Below, piece after piece: positions 61,571 to 64,000 of a stretch of 64,000 nucleotides of DNA. The translations under genes and the position numbers were made by a program. Where the stretch lies: positions 79,670,001-79,734,000 of the forward strand of contig CM126207.1 of assembly GCA_052327205.1 (NCBI GenBank), written 5' to 3'. This DNA comes from Somniosus microcephalus (Eukaryota). How positions within the stretch are numbered: the first letter of the stretch is position 1; each line of letters begins with the position of its first letter. The notes under the pieces are model-generated. The model did not search any database. It was not told where the DNA came from and saw only the letters and a program-made list of their open reading frames with translations.

Positions 61571-63395
61571 TCTATATATATAAAATAAAAGCGGTTTGTC
61601 TCTCTGCTTGTCTCTCTGTCTCTCTGTCTGTCTATCCGCTATACACTCAAAAGTTATAGAGCGTACCTACACGCATGTTATATCAAAAGAAAGCTTATCA
61701 TTAGGGGAGTCTAATAGGTGTATTTACTTTTTGTCAAACAAAAATTGTTCCGACAGTATACAAAAAAGGTTCAAAAAACGGCAAAATTCTGCTCATTAGC
61801 GTTGAGTGACGTGATGGTTGACCAATCGGTGCATCACGGCGGGGGGGGGGGGGGGGGTTCATTGTGTGTGTGGGCGGGCCTAATCCTTCTGAGCTGAGGT
61901 GAGTGGCCGCCATCTTGATTTCTAACGACTGATTTATTTTTCCCACTTTCTGTGTGTGTGGAGGGGAAATTGTTTATAAAAAAAGTAAATTAATTTGTAA
62001 ATATTTTTTCTAAGCTGATTAATTTTCCTACCTTTCACCCTTTTTTTCCCTCTTGACTCGCTGCCTCCACCGGGCGCCGCAGCCTTGGAGGGTTACCCCA
62101 CCTGCAGGCCTCGAAGCCTCGGCCTCTCCTTGCCAGCCATGCCCGAGCTAGGCAACGCCCGTCCCGCTAGGCCCGCCCCGCGATCGCCGCCATCTTGGTA
62201 AAGGCTGGCGGCGCGGGACTGAGCCGAGCATAGCCATCGCCACCATCTTAGTAAAGGCTGGCGGGGCGGGAGTCAGCGCGCGCATCAACGTCGGCGGTGG
62301 CCCGGAGCGTGACCTCAGCTAAGGTGAGTCCGGCGGGCCTCACGCGCTAGGCCGCGCACCGGCCAGCCTGAGGTGCTGATCCACACATGGGGGCTTCGGC
62401 TCACCATGGCCGGGCTCTCAGGAAAGGCAGACAGAGAGGGGGAGGGAGGGACAGAGAGGAAATCAGAAGGGACAGGGGGAGGGAGAGGAGGGGGGTAGCG
62501 AGAGGCGAGGGGGGGAGCGAGAGGAGGGGGGAGGGAGAGGAGAGGGGGAGGGAGAGGAGGGGGAGGGAGAGGAGAGGGAGGGAGGGAGGGAGAGGGGAGG
62601 GAGGGAGGGAGAGAGTAAAGCAGGGGNNNNNNNNNNNNNNNNNNNNNNNNNNNNNNNNNNNNNNNNNNNNNNNNNNNNNNNNNNNNNNNNNNNNNNNNNN
62701 NNNNNNNNNNNNNNNNNNNNNNNNNNNNNNNNNNNNNNNNNNNNNNNNNNNNNNNNNNNNNNNNNNNNNNNNNNNNNNNNNNNNNNNNNNNNNNNNNNNN
62801 NNNNNNNNNNNNNNNNNNNGGGTGAGGAGAGGGGCAGGGAGAGGAGAGAGGAGAGGGGATGGAGGGAGAGAGAGTAAGCAGGGACAGACAGGGGGAGGGA
62901 GAGAGAGAGGGTGAGGGAGGGAAAGAGTGAGGGGGTGGGACAGGGAGGGAGAGCTCGCCTTCTTCCTTCCTTCGCAGGGGTCCATCGGGCCAGGCCTGAG
63001 GCGCTCCTTCCCCCCTCTCTCCAGGCTAATCCTGAACTAAATTCAGCAGTCCCTCTCTCTCTCTTCACCCCCGTCTCTCTCTTCCCCCTGTCTCTCTCTT
63101 CTCCCCGTCTCTCTCTTCTCCCCCCAGTCTCTCTCTCACTCCCCCGTCTCTCTCTCTCTCTTCCCCCCAGTCTCTCTCTCTCTCTCTCTTCCCCCCAGTC
63201 TCTCTCTCTCTCTCTTCCCCCCAGTCTCTCTCTCTTTCTCTCTCTTCCCCATAGTCTCTCTCTCTTTCCCTCTTTTCCCCCCAGTCACTCTCTCCCCCCC
63301 AGTCTCTCTCTTCTCCCCCCAGTCTCTCTCTCTCTCTCTCTTCCAACACAACATGCCCTCAAAAAACCCTTGGCACTGCCGGGCACTCCAGCTAG
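61571..63395 (+). mobile_element. Non-autonomous Helitron-like element (contains the assembly gap)
   Basis: 5' A|TCTATATATATAAAA...(TGTC)n start; 3' hairpin CCC(TT)GGCA-C-TGCCGGG followed ~8 nt later by CTAG|T (63392-63396). Confidence 0.75.
62430..63345. repeat. GA-rich then CT-rich low-complexity/microsatellite tract with assembly gap (N 62627-62819)
   Basis: Directly visible. Confidence 0.9.
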
Positions 63396-63800
63396 TTATT
63401 ATATAATAAAAGAGTTGGTTTGTCTGTCTGTCTATCCGGCTATACAATCAAAAGTTATAGAGCGTACCTACACATATGTTGTATCAAAAGAAAGCTTATC
63501 ATTAGGGGAGTCTAATAGGCATATTTACATTTTGGTCAGACAAAAATTGTTTGGACAGTATACAAAAAACGTTCAAAAAAAGGACAAAATCCGCTCATTA
63601 GCGGTTGACCAATCCTACCGCTCATTAGCGTTGAGTGACGTGAACGTTGACCAATCCTACCGCTCATTAGCGTTGAGTGATGTGATGGTTGACCAATTGG
63701 GGGGCGTTTCATGGCGTTTGTGGCGGGGCCTAATCGTTCAAACTGCTGAGCGGGAGCTGAGCTGAGGTGAGTGGCGGCCATTAAACACCTGCCGGGCCTC
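63396..63800 (+). mobile_element. Second, head-to-tail Helitron-like copy (5' part; may extend beyond the window)
   Basis: TTATTATATAATAAAAGAG...TCTATCCGGCTATACAATCAAAAGTTATAGAGCGTACCTACAC...AAGAAAGCTTATCATTAGGGGAGTCTAATAGG is a close copy of 61571-61930. It contains a ~42-bp tandem repeat at 63590-63700. Confidence 0.75.
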
Positions 63801-64000
63801 AAGCTCAAAAAATGGTAATGGAGGTGAGGAAATTGTTGATTCATTAGTATTGACACAAAACAGTTGGTTTTTAAAAGAAAAAAAAATCCATTTGCAAAGG
63901 AGTGCATGATACACTAAGTTCGCGTTTAACGTTTTATGAGGCATTTTAAGATAACAGATACACAGCTGAACCCTGTAGGTAAGCTCTTTTTCCTCAGGCC

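Noticed and set aside
62387-63765. Arg/Gly/Glu- or Leu/Ser/Pro-rich ORFs
   Set aside because: Low-complexity GA/CT tracts spanning an N gap.

Overview
Eukaryotic, repeat-rich vertebrate DNA. The SINE/LINE/MITE content points to a cartilaginous fish (shark-like); this is an inference. There is one assembly gap (N, 62627-62819). Host genes: (1) a complete six-coding-exon interleukin-12 subunit alpha gene (IL12A/p35) on the minus strand (52491-60408, 213 aa), reconstructed by hand from GT-AG splice sites, with kappaB/IRF/TATA-like promoter motifs and a 3'UTR AU-rich cluster; (2) the last two exons of a convergent plus-strand gene encoding a C-terminal death domain (9117-9401, 12399-12463). The rest is mostly mobile DNA: four Ty3/Gypsy LTR retrotransposons, CR1 and L2 LINEs, tRNA-derived SINEs, 3-bp-TSD (Harbinger-like) and TA-TSD MITEs, a 29-bp minisatellite and a tandem Helitron-like pair upstream of IL12A. 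The most striking observation is the young, nearly intact Gypsy element at 28616-32996. It has no tRNA primer-binding site. In its place is a perfect 13-nt complement of the AATAAA-containing segment of its own LTR, suggesting self-priming and/or poly(A)-signal occlusion. Its RT also reads YLDN instead of YxDD.
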